32,332 bases of DNA from positions 1 to 32,332 of the IMG/VR virus record IMGVR_UViG_3300032318_000443; one strand, 5' to 3'. Origin of the DNA: a virus (lineage: Duplodnaviria; Caudoviricetes). The position numbers were made by a program, and so were the translations under genes. Each line of letters begins with the position of its first letter. Positions within the stretch are counted from its first letter, which is position 1. Below, one piece after another: positions 14,562 through 24,818 of this stretch. The notes under the pieces were generated by a model. That model searched no databases, was not told where the DNA came from, and saw only the letters and a program-made list of their open reading frames with translations.

Positions 14562-14716
14562 TTGTAGGCGCAGTTTTGTTGTTTTTGGGGCATCTGGAGG
14601 CCGTTCACGATGCATATCGTGAGGGTTACATGGATGCCATCATTTACGAAAAAAAGAGCCCCACCAAAAAGGTAGGGCCAGAGGACATAAAGGAGGTCAA
14701 AGAAACCTACATATAG
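14543..14716 (+). CDS. 57-aa protein with N-terminal hydrophobic segment (not in ORF track)
   Basis: MRPALLIVGAVLLFLGHLEAVHDAYREGYMDAIIYEKKSPTKKVGPEDIKEVKETYI; fills the gap up to the converging endolysin stop. Confidence 0.55.
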   Translation: MRPALLIVGAVLLFLGHLEAVHDAYREGYMDAIIYEKKSPTKKVGPEDIKEVKETYI

Positions 14717-14720
14717 TGTA

Positions 14721-15149
14721 TCACGCGTAAGGACGAGTCCCGCTGCGATCAATAATCAATGCCTGCTGCCGAGGTTTATCCTCTGGGTTGTTAGGGATTG
14801 AGATATGGGTCCAGCGGTCAAACTCGCGAATGACCTGGTCATATCCAATGCCAGCAGCCCGAACCGCCTTGACCACCTCATCTGGGGTCATGCCTGGGAC
14901 TCGAATGTCGGCTGCGCACCCAATTCGGTGCTGGCTGGTGTCCCGCGATCCAACCGCATCATTGACCTGCTTGCATCGAAATGCCGAGTTAATCATTACG
15001 GGTTTACCGCCTAAAACGGTCTTAACATCTTCCAAAAACGCAGCCAGGCGTACAAGGTTGGCCATCTCCGAGGCGTTGGGCGTATTGTCAAATTGACGGT
15101 GATCCGTATGGGTCAGTTCGTCAAGGGTGAAATGTGGACTGAGGTTCAT
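14721..15149 (-). CDS. Endolysin, peptidase M15A (D-Ala-D-Ala carboxypeptidase-like)
   Basis: LSPHFTLDEL, INSAFRC..VN.AVG....SQH..GCAAD, DQVIREF..WTHIS. Confidence 0.92.
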   Translation of the reverse strand: MNLSPHFTLDELTHTDHRQFDNTPNASEMANLVRLAAFLEDVKTVLGGKPVMINSAFRCKQVNDAVGSRDTSQHRIGCAADIRVPGMTPDEVVKAVRAAGIGYDQVIREFDRWTHISIPNNPEDKPRQQALIIDRSGTRPYA

Positions 15150-15652
15150 TTTTTCATCATCTCCTGTATTTCTTTGTTTTTGTCTTTACTGCCCTGGCTT
15201 GATCCAAAGTAAAAAGACAACACTTGGCCAGCTGAACTGGTAATAAATCCAAGCGCAAAAATAACCATTTGCTGCTGGTCGGTTGGCACATCACGGAACA
15301 TTAAAATAGCGATAAATAGAAATGCAAGAGTTACCGTGCCGAGCGCCAAAATAGGCACTACGGACTTATCCAGCTTGGTAGCGTGTTCGCTTGTGGCTAC
15401 GGTTGCATATGCCTGGCGCGCAGAATCACGGTCTGCAGCCTCTAATTTGGCGTACTCAAGGTCTAATTCTTTTAGTTTTAAGGCCATCTCAGGGTTGCCG
15501 GTAAGCGCTTGGGTTACGCCCTCTACGGTAGCGTCATCAATCCCTAGCTTAGAAGCGATCCAGCCCACAGCAGCGCCGCCAGCAGGGCCAGCAACAGCAG
15601 TAGCCAAGACAGGAGCAACACCTTTAAGAAGTCCAATTAATGTGTCCATCAT
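15146..15652 (-). CDS. Holin-like membrane protein (3TM GTA-holin-like)
   Basis: AP.LATAVAGPAGG N-terminus, DRDSAR, two TM segments, C-terminal FYFGSS; adjacent to the endolysin. Confidence 0.7.
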   Translation of the reverse strand: MMDTLIGLLKGVAPVLATAVAGPAGGAAVGWIASKLGIDDATVEGVTQALTGNPEMALKLKELDLEYAKLEAADRDSARQAYATVATSEHATKLDKSVVPILALGTVTLAFLFIAILMFRDVPTDQQQMVIFALGFITSSAGQVLSFYFGSSQGSKDKNKEIQEMMKK

Positions 15653-15909
15653 TTTTTGTTTCTTTCCTCTAATAATTTAACTCGCACATGAAGTTCGTGT
15701 ATTTCTTTATAAATTTCTTCTCTGATTTTTGCCCGTTTTTCTGCAGAAATTGGGCTGTCAGTTGGTACGCCTTCGCTCGTAATTAAAGCTGGCATCTTGC
15801 CCTCAATTTGAGTTAGGCGTGTTTGAAATGAAGATACTTGGCCGAGCAGCCACGCTATACAGGCAACTAAGATTGGAATAACCGCCTTTAGCACATCTTG
15901 CATATTCAT
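15649..15909 (-). CDS. Membrane-anchored coiled-coil protein (lysis region)
   Basis: N-terminal TM (AVIPILVACIAWLLG), C-terminal ELHVRVKLLEE. Confidence 0.7.
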   Translation of the reverse strand: MNMQDVLKAVIPILVACIAWLLGQVSSFQTRLTQIEGKMPALITSEGVPTDSPISAEKRAKIREEIYKEIHELHVRVKLLEERNKK

Positions 15910-16365
15910 TTAAAACGCTCCCAAAATAAACTTGAGCCACAGAGTCACAATCAATGCAGCCATAAAACACCAAAACTGTACCCGCCTTACTGCCTTTAAA
16001 TCATGCTGGAATTCTTCGTTATTCTTGCGTTCCATGTTTTCAATGTCCAGCTTAATCTTAAGCAGCGCATCCCACTCTTTGGCACCGTACTGCTTTACAA
16101 ACTTAATCTTTAAATCAGCCTCCTCATCGGAGATTTGTTTCTTTCGTTTCCATTCTTCAAGCGCTTTTACCAGCGCCCGCTCCTTCTTAAATTCTGCCTC
16201 TCGCCGAGCCCGTATGCGCTCTTGCGCTTTCTGCTGGGCTACATCGACTGCGTCTTTCTGTATGTTTTCAATCTGTTTACTAACAGACTTACCCGCCTCA
16301 CGGGCAGAATCCAGCCCAGAACTAAGCCCCTTTGCTCCTTCTGACAAACCCAACAAATCTGACAT
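15910..16365 (-). CDS. Coiled-coil protein with C-terminal TM
   Basis: 151 aa, charged helical body, C-terminal FWCFMAALIVTLWLKFILGAF. Confidence 0.7.
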   Translation of the reverse strand: MSDLLGLSEGAKGLSSGLDSAREAGKSVSKQIENIQKDAVDVAQQKAQERIRARREAEFKKERALVKALEEWKRKKQISDEEADLKIKFVKQYGAKEWDALLKIKLDIENMERKNNEEFQHDLKAVRRVQFWCFMAALIVTLWLKFILGAF

Positions 16366-16371
16366 ATATCA

Positions 16372-16545
16372 TCATTTTTTGATTCTTTGCCATAGGTCGA
16401 GTATCGGCGTTGAGTTGATTTCTCTCCAGCCAATAGAGACGCAGGCAAACATAATAAATAGGAAGAAAGCAAACAAGACCGAAAAAATTAAGACCGCAAA
16501 AAACGCAATAAATATAGCAAACACATTAAGAATGGTTATTAACAT
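16372..16545 (-). CDS. 57-aa very hydrophobic membrane protein (not in ORF track)
   Basis: MLITILNVFAIFIAFFAVLIFSVLFAFFLFIMFACVSIGWREINSTPILDLWQRIKK; starts right after the upstream TAA. Confidence 0.65.
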   Translation of the reverse strand: MLITILNVFAIFIAFFAVLIFSVLFAFFLFIMFACVSIGWREINSTPILDLWQRIKK

Positions 16546-16761
16546 TTATTCAGCCATTAACATAATAATTAACAGAAACAAAATGAATGCAACATATACG
16601 CGCTTGGCCCAATATTGACGATTTAAGATGCGCGGGTCTTGAATTAGGTAACTCTGCAACTCCAGCATATCTTCGTCACGCTCAATGTATTTTGGCCTCA
16701 ATGGGTTTAGATAGTATTCAGAACCTATCTTTATTTTCCCATTGTTATATGGCACATCCAT
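16546..16761 (-). CDS. Small protein with C-terminal TM
   Basis: 71 aa; PYNNGKIKIG..Y motif; VYVAFILFLLIIMLMA. Confidence 0.7.
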   Translation of the reverse strand: MDVPYNNGKIKIGSEYYLNPLRPKYIERDEDMLELQSYLIQDPRILNRQYWAKRVYVAFILFLLIIMLMAE

Positions 16762-17015
16762 TACTTATCCGCTTTATCGTTTAGCCGGTCAAAAAATGAG
16801 GCCATGATGCTTTCCAGCTTATCAAACCGTGCTGCCATCTCTAGGCGCACTTCTTTTAAATCATCTCTGCGCACATAAATTTCTGGCAGGTCTTTTTCAA
16901 TCTGGTGTATATCTCTGCGCAACTCTTTTACCGAGTCCCAAATTTCTCGAGCAAACCAGCCTATGGATGCAACAACACATCCCAGGCCAATATTGATGAT
17001 AGTCTGCCATTCCAT
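16761..17015 (-). CDS. Membrane-anchored coiled-coil protein (holin/antiholin-like)
   Basis: N-terminal TM, IWDSVKEL..D...IE..LP..YVRRDD, C-terminal KADK. Confidence 0.72.
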   Translation of the reverse strand: MEWQTIINIGLGCVVASIGWFAREIWDSVKELRRDIHQIEKDLPEIYVRRDDLKEVRLEMAARFDKLESIMASFFDRLNDKADK

Positions 17016-17016
17016 A

Positions 17017-17742
17017 TTAGGTTTTCATGATGTAGCAAAGCGCATAGTAAGGAGGAATATTAGCGTTAGTTCCGCTTACACCAGCAGAATTAACTGTTGT
17101 CGTAATGTTTGCAGATGCGGATGCTGTATTTGCTGATCCAGCTTTAACAACTGAAATAGTAATAGGTCCACCGCTAACAGTATCTGATGAAAGTCCAAAA
17201 TTTGTATTATGGACATGGCCAGAATCAGTTGATGTAGCGGTATGAGTATGGCTTACAACAACAGAATCCGCAGAACCTCCTGTTGCATTTACTGCGTAGG
17301 TAGAGCCAGCACCAACTACAAATCGGTCTCGCAGGTCTGGCGTGCCATTCGATCCATTACATAAAACATATCCAGCCGGGATTGAACCAATAGAGCCAGA
17401 CCATAAGAAAATGCCTCCAGCGGGAATTGGGGTTGCTGGTGGAGGTGATGCGCCAATGATTCCGTACAAATTGTCATAAGTTTGGATAGTGACATTGGCA
17501 GCAGTTGTTAAAACAAATTTATAAAAAAATCCCGCTGTTAACCAAATAGTAGATGGCGGGCGGCCATCGGTTCCCAAAATGATGGGATTGGTATTAGCAA
17601 TTAAACCGCTGGAATCGGTATAGGTAGCAAGCGGCGTAGTTGATCCGGCCTGATAGGTAAAAATCTTACCAGCGTTTAATGGCAGGCCATCGTTGTTAAA
17701 AAACTGAAAACCATTGCCTATGGGGGATAGATTGACTGCCAT
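17017..17742 (-). CDS. Short tail fibre: P22-tailspike-like head-binding N-terminus plus collar domain
   Basis: QFFNNDGLPLNAGKIFTYQAGSTTPLATYTD...NTNPIIL...GR; IPAGYVLCNGSNGTPDLRDRFVVGAG; HTH/HVH; NIPPYYALCYIMKT. Confidence 0.85.
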   Translation of the reverse strand: MAVNLSPIGNGFQFFNNDGLPLNAGKIFTYQAGSTTPLATYTDSSGLIANTNPIILGTDGRPPSTIWLTAGFFYKFVLTTAANVTIQTYDNLYGIIGASPPPATPIPAGGIFLWSGSIGSIPAGYVLCNGSNGTPDLRDRFVVGAGSTYAVNATGGSADSVVVSHTHTATSTDSGHVHNTNFGLSSDTVSGGPITISVVKAGSANTASASANITTTVNSAGVSGTNANIPPYYALCYIMKT

Positions 17743-17744
17743 AA

Positions 17745-20144
17745 TTATTTTCCTTTACCAACATCTTTGAGGGGAACCATTTTTTTCTGAGCGCGTTTTA
17801 ATGCAGACTTTTCCGCCATAGCCACGCCCCGTTTTGCGCCATACATACCGCCAACAGTCGCTCCAACTCCAGCGCCTGGCACACCACCAAAAGCGCCGCC
17901 AACTGCTCCGCCTACTGAGGTTCCTAAAGTTCCAAGCAGCGGTGCCGCGCCCAATCGAATTAGATTATGGGCTTGAATAGCTGCGCCAGGATAAGACGGA
18001 TCATACTTAACCAGATGTCCGGCATCATGCAAGTCTTTAACCATCTGCGCCAACTCTTTATCTTCCATTAAGATGCCAAGTTTGCGGTTATTGTCATTTA
18101 GGTATTTTGTAACATTGCCCGCATTCCATTGCCCTTTGTTTTTAGAGCCCTCTTGCAATATGCGATTAGCAAATTGTGCTTTAATCTCAGCTATGGCTGC
18201 ATCCGCTTGAGGCCGTAATTCGTCTGGCATTTCTTTAAGCAGCTTGATTAAATGCCGCTGCTGGTCTACATCCATCCGCTCAATTGTTGAGGCAATCTTT
18301 TCAAACGGTACGGCGCGATTCATGGGTGACTGTGGATCGTAATCCATAATCTTGGCCACGCCTTTTGGATCATCTAACAAACGGGCAATTTTGGTACGAA
18401 TGTCTCTGGCTTTTTTATAAACATCTTGACCGGCAACTTTTGTTACATCATTGTCAATCTTATCTTTAAGACGGCCAATGATGCCAGAACGCTCATTATT
18501 CCAGTTGGAATTAATGTATTTACGCAGTCCTTCGGCTTGTTCTACGGTCATTGGTTTAACTTTGCCGTTAGCATCTAATAAATCATTTTCTTTTAAATGC
18601 GCTTCAACCCCGCGGCGCAAAGACATAAAGCTGTCGTTTACCGTAAAGTTAGAATTTGTATCTAAAAATTTCTGTAGGTCGCTTGGTATAACCGCTGGCT
18701 GCGTTCCAGCTACTTGTTTAGCCTGGGCATACGATTGATCCATTTGTGTTTGCAAAACATTTTTAAAATCATCAAATGGGCGCGTAATCCTTGTGCCACG
18801 GTCATATAAAGAAGTTTCATCAAGGCCTAAAGTTCCGCCAGTACGCTCAATAATCTTTTGGCCAAAGTTTTCCAAGGCCATACGCTCATTTGCTAGTGTG
18901 TCTCTGTAAAGTTGGCCTACGGGCGCGTCTACTTTACTGGTTTGAAACTCGTTAGCGGCAGCAAAGCCATCGCCTAAAATAGATGATTGACGGGCATTTT
19001 CTAAACCAACTCGAGCCAAAATTTGCTTGCGCTGCTCTTGTTCTGGCAGATTTACATTTCCTTTTTGTGCGTACTTTACCTCTGGGAATGGCTGCGTATT
19101 AGTTGGCGCTGGCATTGTTGGGGTTTGCACAACAGGCGCGGGCGGTAATGTCGCAGCGGGTCCGCCTTGTTTCTTTGCTTGCAGTTGCGCTTGAAACTCT
19201 GCATAAGTTACTTTAGGTTTGCCGCCTAAAGTTGGTTCAATTCTTGGCGCCTCTGGGGGTTTTGGTACATTCGTTCCCAAAGCAGTTTCTACTGTTTCCG
19301 CGCCCTTTAATACGCCGCGTTGCACGGCTGGGGCTACTTTTACGCCTCCGCCAGCTGCAATTGTTCCCATCATGTTTTCAATATCGGTTGCTGGCAGGCC
19401 TGTTTTTTCAGCAATCCACGCCGCACCCTTTTGAAAATTCTCTCCAACAAAATTAAATAATCGGCGGGTTGCCTCGCTTTCATATTCGGGCGTTCCGGCC
19501 ACGCCAAATGTTTTGCCCATTGGGGACTCAAATGGCGCAGCGGCTGCCGTACTAATCTCTTTTGCTTGCTCTGGGCTTTTACCGATTGCTCGGGCTCCAG
19601 CGTAAGTTACTGGCTCAACTATGCCTGGCACAACTCCACCAATGGTTGTGTCATAAAAACTAGCAGCTGCACGGCCAAACTGAGTTAATGGGCCTGGCTG
19701 GCTCATATCCTTAATTTTGCCTACTTTTCGCGCTGGGGCTGCAGGCGCTTGGGTTTCAGTTGTTTTGATTTCAGCTGGTTTACCTAAAATCATGTCACCA
19801 ACAGGATCGGCGGAGGTCTGACGCATCTCTGGCTTGGCGGGGGTTGGCTGCGTATTATCTTGCGCTGTTACGGGTGCATTGGTGTATTGCCTGGCCATTG
19901 CTGGCTGCGCACCAGTAGACAAATTAAAAAACTGCTGCCTAATCTCTAAAGGATATGCATTAAATTTCTCTGGCGATGTTAATACTGACTCAAGCAGTTG
20001 TGGGTTTTGACCCATATCAGTAAACCGTTTAATCGCCATTTGCACTTGACTTGGCTGCAAATTTTCAAATCGGAATAAATCTCCAGACGGTTGCTGGGGC
20101 GGCGGTTTTGAGCCACCTAATATAAGTTGGCCAATGTCTTGCAT
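17745..20144 (-). CDS. Probable DNA ejection/internal virion protein (large)
   Basis: 799 aa helical A/Q/G-rich protein with a Gly-rich hydrophobic C-terminus; third gene of the ejection trio by position. Confidence 0.65.
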   Translation of the reverse strand: MQDIGQLILGGSKPPPQQPSGDLFRFENLQPSQVQMAIKRFTDMGQNPQLLESVLTSPEKFNAYPLEIRQQFFNLSTGAQPAMARQYTNAPVTAQDNTQPTPAKPEMRQTSADPVGDMILGKPAEIKTTETQAPAAPARKVGKIKDMSQPGPLTQFGRAAASFYDTTIGGVVPGIVEPVTYAGARAIGKSPEQAKEISTAAAAPFESPMGKTFGVAGTPEYESEATRRLFNFVGENFQKGAAWIAEKTGLPATDIENMMGTIAAGGGVKVAPAVQRGVLKGAETVETALGTNVPKPPEAPRIEPTLGGKPKVTYAEFQAQLQAKKQGGPAATLPPAPVVQTPTMPAPTNTQPFPEVKYAQKGNVNLPEQEQRKQILARVGLENARQSSILGDGFAAANEFQTSKVDAPVGQLYRDTLANERMALENFGQKIIERTGGTLGLDETSLYDRGTRITRPFDDFKNVLQTQMDQSYAQAKQVAGTQPAVIPSDLQKFLDTNSNFTVNDSFMSLRRGVEAHLKENDLLDANGKVKPMTVEQAEGLRKYINSNWNNERSGIIGRLKDKIDNDVTKVAGQDVYKKARDIRTKIARLLDDPKGVAKIMDYDPQSPMNRAVPFEKIASTIERMDVDQQRHLIKLLKEMPDELRPQADAAIAEIKAQFANRILQEGSKNKGQWNAGNVTKYLNDNNRKLGILMEDKELAQMVKDLHDAGHLVKYDPSYPGAAIQAHNLIRLGAAPLLGTLGTSVGGAVGGAFGGVPGAGVGATVGGMYGAKRGVAMAEKSALKRAQKKMVPLKDVGKGK

Positions 20145-21508
20145 TACAAATCACCTGTATTGGTTAATTTGATCAAATTGTTGTATTGACGGAACAAGTT
20201 TTGCCGCTGATTGTCATCCATGCCGCCAAGCAATTTGTTTGTTAATTCCTCGCGTTTTTTAACATCTTTTACATCTCGCGCAATATTCATAATCTCAAAT
20301 ATGCGAGAGTCTGCATTAGCCGACCACATCTGCTGGAATCGTTTAGCGTTGGCATCACCAAATTTCTGGGTGTGGCGCTGCATTCCGGTGGCCATCATAT
20401 CGAGATTGGTAATATCGGCATCGGCGCGGCGAGCAATACTTAGCAATACATCTGGTGGGAAAGTCTCATCTCCGCTTGCCATGCGAATAAGCTGCTGGCC
20501 GCCAACCGTATCTAATGAGCCGCCAACCGCCTTAATATTGGAAATCTGCACATTAGCAAGGTCTTTAGACAATTGTTTATAAGTTGGATCGCCAACAATA
20601 TCGGCAAATTTTCTTTTAACTGCACCAACTGGGCCTGTTTCTGGCAATACCGATTCTTCTTGCAATTTTTGCGCAGTTCTAACAACTTCTTGCAAATTAC
20701 GCCGTGCGGTTGTCAGTTCAGACTGGCGCTGCACTAAACCGTTTCGATATTGGCTGCCTGCAGTACGGTCTGTTTCCTCTTGGGGTAACGCAGCAAACGG
20801 TACGCCTGCTTGACGCACGGGATAAGCCAAAGGCAATCGGCCTACATCCGGCTGCACCATTGATGTTGAAGCGGCGGCTGGAGCAGCTGCTGGTTTTGGC
20901 TGTATTGGGGCAGTCATGTCTTGGGATGTCACGCCTGCGGGCGCTGCGGGCGCCGGTGCGCCAGGCAGTGGCAATGTCGTTACGGTTGCAGGACCACCAC
21001 GGAATATGCCAGACTGACCGCCGGAACTTACGATTTGCGGTGTTTGTAATGCTTGCTGGCCAGATGGTCCAATCTGAGTCTGGATTACATTGTCAAAGTA
21101 TTGGGGCAATCCTTTTGGATCATTTAAGGCAATTTGAGTTGCAGTTGACGCAATTTTTTCTACTACGGCAGCTGGAATACCAAGATTTCGAGCCTTAGTT
21201 TTAATTTCCATCATTGCTTCAACTGCTTTATTTGCATCGCCTGACGATACTCTTGGATCATTTCTGTAGCCGCCCACAATATTCATGAGGGCATCGCTTT
21301 GTTTTTGATCAAATGTAAACGCAGCAGATTGTTCGCCAGTTCGTGCGGTACGCGTTGCAATCTGTGATTGTTCTACCAACTCAGGGAATATTTCCCTTTC
21401 CCGTTGATATGCTTGCGCACCACGGGCCAAACCCACTATTTCCGGCAAACTCATTGTTGTCGGAGGTTTTGCGCTCAAAGAAATGTCTGGTTTTATGTTA
21501 ATTGCCAT
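20144..21508 (-). CDS. Probable DNA ejection protein
   Basis: 454 aa A/Q-rich helical protein following the pilot-like gene. Confidence 0.65.
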   Translation of the reverse strand: MAINIKPDISLSAKPPTTMSLPEIVGLARGAQAYQREREIFPELVEQSQIATRTARTGEQSAAFTFDQKQSDALMNIVGGYRNDPRVSSGDANKAVEAMMEIKTKARNLGIPAAVVEKIASTATQIALNDPKGLPQYFDNVIQTQIGPSGQQALQTPQIVSSGGQSGIFRGGPATVTTLPLPGAPAPAAPAGVTSQDMTAPIQPKPAAAPAAASTSMVQPDVGRLPLAYPVRQAGVPFAALPQEETDRTAGSQYRNGLVQRQSELTTARRNLQEVVRTAQKLQEESVLPETGPVGAVKRKFADIVGDPTYKQLSKDLANVQISNIKAVGGSLDTVGGQQLIRMASGDETFPPDVLLSIARRADADITNLDMMATGMQRHTQKFGDANAKRFQQMWSANADSRIFEIMNIARDVKDVKKREELTNKLLGGMDDNQRQNLFRQYNNLIKLTNTGDL

Positions 21509-21518
21509 GATTTATTCC

Positions 21519-22253
21519 TTACGCTACCGCTACTGGGTTATATATTTGACCTGTGGTTGGGCCTGTAGGCGTTGGCTGCTGGGCAACCGCCTGCGGTCTC
21601 ATAAGGGATGACAAAAATGCCATATTCCCAATATTGCCTGCTGCTCCTGAGTATGCGTTGGCCGCGCCTACAGTTCCGGCTGCTTGTGCAGCTGCTGATC
21701 CAGTCGTTAAGCCGGTTAATTGTGATGCATAATTTTGGCCTGCATTTACGCCAGTATTGACCGCACCTTGGCCCATTCCAGCAATATTTGCTAGGGTGTT
21801 ATAGATATTGCCACGCTCAGTCTGAAAACGACCAAACGCATTTCCATATTCGGTAGATGCTAAATTTTGACCATAATCAGTTAGGGCGCGTAAAGTATTG
21901 CCGCTTATTGCACCGCCTCCAACATTGGCCATGCGCTCAGTAGCCTGAGTGCCAATGCGCTGGCGAAATGCCATGCTAGGGTCTAAATATTGGCTAAATT
22001 GATCTGGTCCAAACTGAGCCGTAAGAAACGGCTTCATGCGCTCAATGTCTTTGAGGGCGGTATAGCCGGTTTCGCGGTATGGGGCTAAATCCTCTCTGGA
22101 TTGCTCATACATAGCCCGTTCATTAGCAGCAGCAGCAGTAGCAGCATCGGCTTGAGTCCTTGCTGCACTTCGAGCCGCATCCGATGTCATCTTAGCGCCT
22201 AAAAGACCTGCTCCGGCCCCTATCGCTATCGCGGTACCTGTTCCTATAGCCAT
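21519..22253 (-). CDS. DNA transfer/pilot protein (P22 gp7-like)
   Basis: Gly/Ala-rich N-terminus, QSREDLAPYRETG, SGNTLRALTDYGQNLASTEYGNAF. Confidence 0.78.
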   Translation of the reverse strand: MAIGTGTAIAIGAGAGLLGAKMTSDAARSAARTQADAATAAAANERAMYEQSREDLAPYRETGYTALKDIERMKPFLTAQFGPDQFSQYLDPSMAFRQRIGTQATERMANVGGGAISGNTLRALTDYGQNLASTEYGNAFGRFQTERGNIYNTLANIAGMGQGAVNTGVNAGQNYASQLTGLTTGSAAAQAAGTVGAANAYSGAAGNIGNMAFLSSLMRPQAVAQQPTPTGPTTGQIYNPVAVA

Positions 22254-22732
22254 TATTCAATTCCCTTCATAAATGTACGCTCCATCGGCTCAAAGCCTGC
22301 CCGACAGTAAACCTTCTCCATTTTTTCTGCCCGCTCATCTTCAAGGGCAATCATAAAAATGGTTTTTGCACCGCGTTCCTTTGACCACAATTGTAAATGC
22401 TTAAACATCTTATTACCAACTCCAGAGCCTCTGGCTGCGGGTGTTAACCACCACCATAATTCTTGTGAAACCTTATGGGACGGGGAAAAATAAAGCGGGT
22501 AGATTATGCCGCCAGTAATCCCTACCACTTCGCCATTCAACTCTGCCAGCAAAATACAGATGTCTGGGTTGTCAATTGCTGACAAAACAAACTCTTTAAA
22601 ACCCTCTGGCTCAAACTCACAAACCCGTTGCATAGGGGAGGCAGCATGAAAATCGGCACTTAATTGCACATAAATTGGCAAATCGGCCTCTACCGCCTCA
22701 CGCACAACAATGGTATTTTGGGGCTCGCTCAT
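22253..22732 (-). CDS. GNAT-family acetyltransferase
   Basis: VREAVEADL, ELWWWLTPAARGSGVG (acetyl-CoA motif A), YCRAGF. Confidence 0.85.
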   Translation of the reverse strand: MSEPQNTIVVREAVEADLPIYVQLSADFHAASPMQRVCEFEPEGFKEFVLSAIDNPDICILLAELNGEVVGITGGIIYPLYFSPSHKVSQELWWWLTPAARGSGVGNKMFKHLQLWSKERGAKTIFMIALEDERAEKMEKVYCRAGFEPMERTFMKGIE

Positions 22733-22947
22733 AGGTTGTAATAAGGTATTTTCTTAGATTCGCCGTTAACGGTAACTTCAATAAACCCTTCTGGGTTTGC
22801 CGGTAAGGTAGCCGATCCAGCGGTGGCCGTTGGTGCGCTAGAAAAGTTCAGTAAATTAAGCAAAAACAACTGCCAGGCGCGGGTTGGCCGCCCCGTGTTA
22901 TCAATTAATGGGCTGGTTGGTAGCCGTTGATTTTGCGGTGTAGACAT
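22729..22947 (-). CDS. Small virion-associated protein
   Basis: PLID.TGRPTRAWQLF; ATAGSATLPANPEGF; directly after the gp10-like gene. Confidence 0.65.
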   Translation of the reverse strand: MSTPQNQRLPTSPLIDNTGRPTRAWQLFLLNLLNFSSAPTATAGSATLPANPEGFIEVTVNGESKKIPYYNL

Positions 22948-24818
22948 TAGTTTTCTCCAGCCTCGGCCTTTAAGTTTGCAGAAATAATGACTGCCTTGAC
23001 GGGGTCCGAAATAGAAACCTCAAAAACCTTATCTCGGGAAAACCCTAAACGCCGCCAAATGGCACGATTTAAGTATTTTCCTTGTTTTCCGATGGTTGTC
23101 CAATACTCATTGGACCAAGTTGAGCCGCCGTCATTAGACCAGCGCAACATAGCCTGGGGGTCATCGCCTTGACCGGTTGATAGTCCAACACCGGGCTGGA
23201 ATTGAATCTGCAACTCATGGAAATATTGGCGCTGCAAGTCGCTAGTAATGTGCGGGGCTCTGCGAACACGGCGGATTGGCTGGCCGTCATCGGTGTAATA
23301 GTTACGGCTTAATTGATAAATCTTGCCGTTTTCGTAGTCTCCAACCAATACTTGCTGGTTAAAGAATGCGCAGCAGTTACCGCGGTGGCGCTCAAATTCG
23401 TTCTGATTATTACGGTAAAGCCATTTATGCCAGAGACCGGTTGTGTTATCGAATGCCCAGGTAAGGCCGTTATCGCCAATTGAGGGAAAAGTCACTACAT
23501 AGACTTCGTGGCCTTCAAGCTGGTAAGTCCAAGCCAAAGCATTGGACACATTCTGATTAACTAAAGTTGTTTCTACCGCATGGGTGGATATTCTCTCTGG
23601 AAAATATCCATTCATACGCACAATCATTGCTTCGCCGCGGTTGTTTTTGGACACATACGCAAACGAATTGCCCATCCGGGACATGGAATATTGCGCTGCA
23701 ATACCTTGCTGGGTGGATGTGCCAGGAATGCGAGTAAAGGGAAATGGCACCGCGCCCGAGTTGATCCAGACTTCGGAGGACATTTCGCCAAGCAAATAGA
23801 CTTCGCGGCGGTCAACAATAATGGACACAAGGTCATCTGGTGAGCCATCTTTACTAGCAAAAGAGAGAGGATCGGTGATTGGACTCAGTAAGTCCGATGC
23901 AGCAAACAGCTGCGAATTGGGTTTGTTATAAACAAAGTAGTTGTCGGTAATATCAACCGTTCCGCCACCTTCAAACGGACCGTCATTGACTGGTAATACA
24001 GTCCAGTTCATGGCAAATATAGTTGTGCTGCTTACCGTCTGCGATGCGCTGACTGTATAAGTTCCTACTCCGCCTGATCCAGTACCAAAGGCCTTAATAA
24101 TCGTGCCATCGGTTACTCCAGTACCATCAATGGTTTGGCCTATCCGTAAAGTTCCGCTAGTGACTGCAGAGACCGTCAGGGTTGTTCCCGATATTGCGCC
24201 GGTAACTATTGCAGGCGATGCAACCGAGTTAATAGTGGTGGATGCAACCGTTTGCGAGTTGCTGACCGTGTAAGTTCCAGTTCCGCCGGTGCCAGTCCCT
24301 AAAGCAGTAATAACGGTATTTTGCGATACATTAGCCCCAAAAATAGCTTGGCCAACAGCAATCGTTCCGCTTAAAACCGAGGTAACCGTCAAAGTTGTAG
24401 ATGATATTGATCCGGTAAATGTTGCTGCAGATGGATTAGAGATAAACCATGTGTATCGGTAGGTTTCGTCCACGATGTAGACATTTATGCCGTTATCCAC
24501 AATACCAACCAAACCGGTGGCGGTATTCATCTGGCCAATTATTTTGGGCGTGTAATCCGACTCCATCACATATACAAAGTCACCGCAAACAGTAACGACT
24601 TGCGTACCGCCGGATAAAGTACGAATACCCCGCACTTCCTCTTGATTGGGCAGAATAGCTACCGTCTCAAGCCCAGGCGTTGGATAAAGCGCCATGATGC
24701 CGCGGTCACCTTGCGGTTTAGTTGGGTCTATCTCTGGGAAAAAATTAATGCATTCCTGGGCATCCTGATAAATAGAGGGTGCCTCGTAAGCTGCGCCAAC
24801 AAATCCGAAATCAGGCAT
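22947..24818 (-). CDS. Tail hub / packaged DNA stabilization protein (P22 gp10-like)
   Basis: [63 protein letters not shown]. Confidence 0.9.
   Translation of the reverse strand: MPDFGFVGAAYEAPSIYQDAQECINFFPEIDPTKPQGDRGIMALYPTPGLETVAILPNQEEVRGIRTLSGGTQVVTVCGDFVYVMESDYTPKIIGQMNTATGLVGIVDNGINVYIVDETYRYTWFISNPSAATFTGSISSTTLTVTSVLSGTIAVGQAIFGANVSQNTVITALGTGTGGTGTYTVSNSQTVASTTINSVASPAIVTGAISGTTLTVSAVTSGTLRIGQTIDGTGVTDGTIIKAFGTGSGGVGTYTVSASQTVSSTTIFAMNWTVLPVNDGPFEGGGTVDITDNYFVYNKPNSQLFAASDLLSPITDPLSFASKDGSPDDLVSIIVDRREVYLLGEMSSEVWINSGAVPFPFTRIPGTSTQQGIAAQYSMSRMGNSFAYVSKNNRGEAMIVRMNGYFPERISTHAVETTLVNQNVSNALAWTYQLEGHEVYVVTFPSIGDNGLTWAFDNTTGLWHKWLYRNNQNEFERHRGNCCAFFNQQVLVGDYENGKIYQLSRNYYTDDGQPIRRVRRAPHITSDLQRQYFHELQIQFQPGVGLSTGQGDDPQAMLRWSNDGGSTWSNEYWTTIGKQGKYLNRAIWRRLGFSRDKVFEVSISDPVKAVIISANLKAEAGEN

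Noticed and set aside
15932-16618. 228-aa plus-strand ORF
   Set aside because: Antisense shadow of three coupled minus-strand membrane protein genes; Ser-rich composition typical of shadow ORFs.
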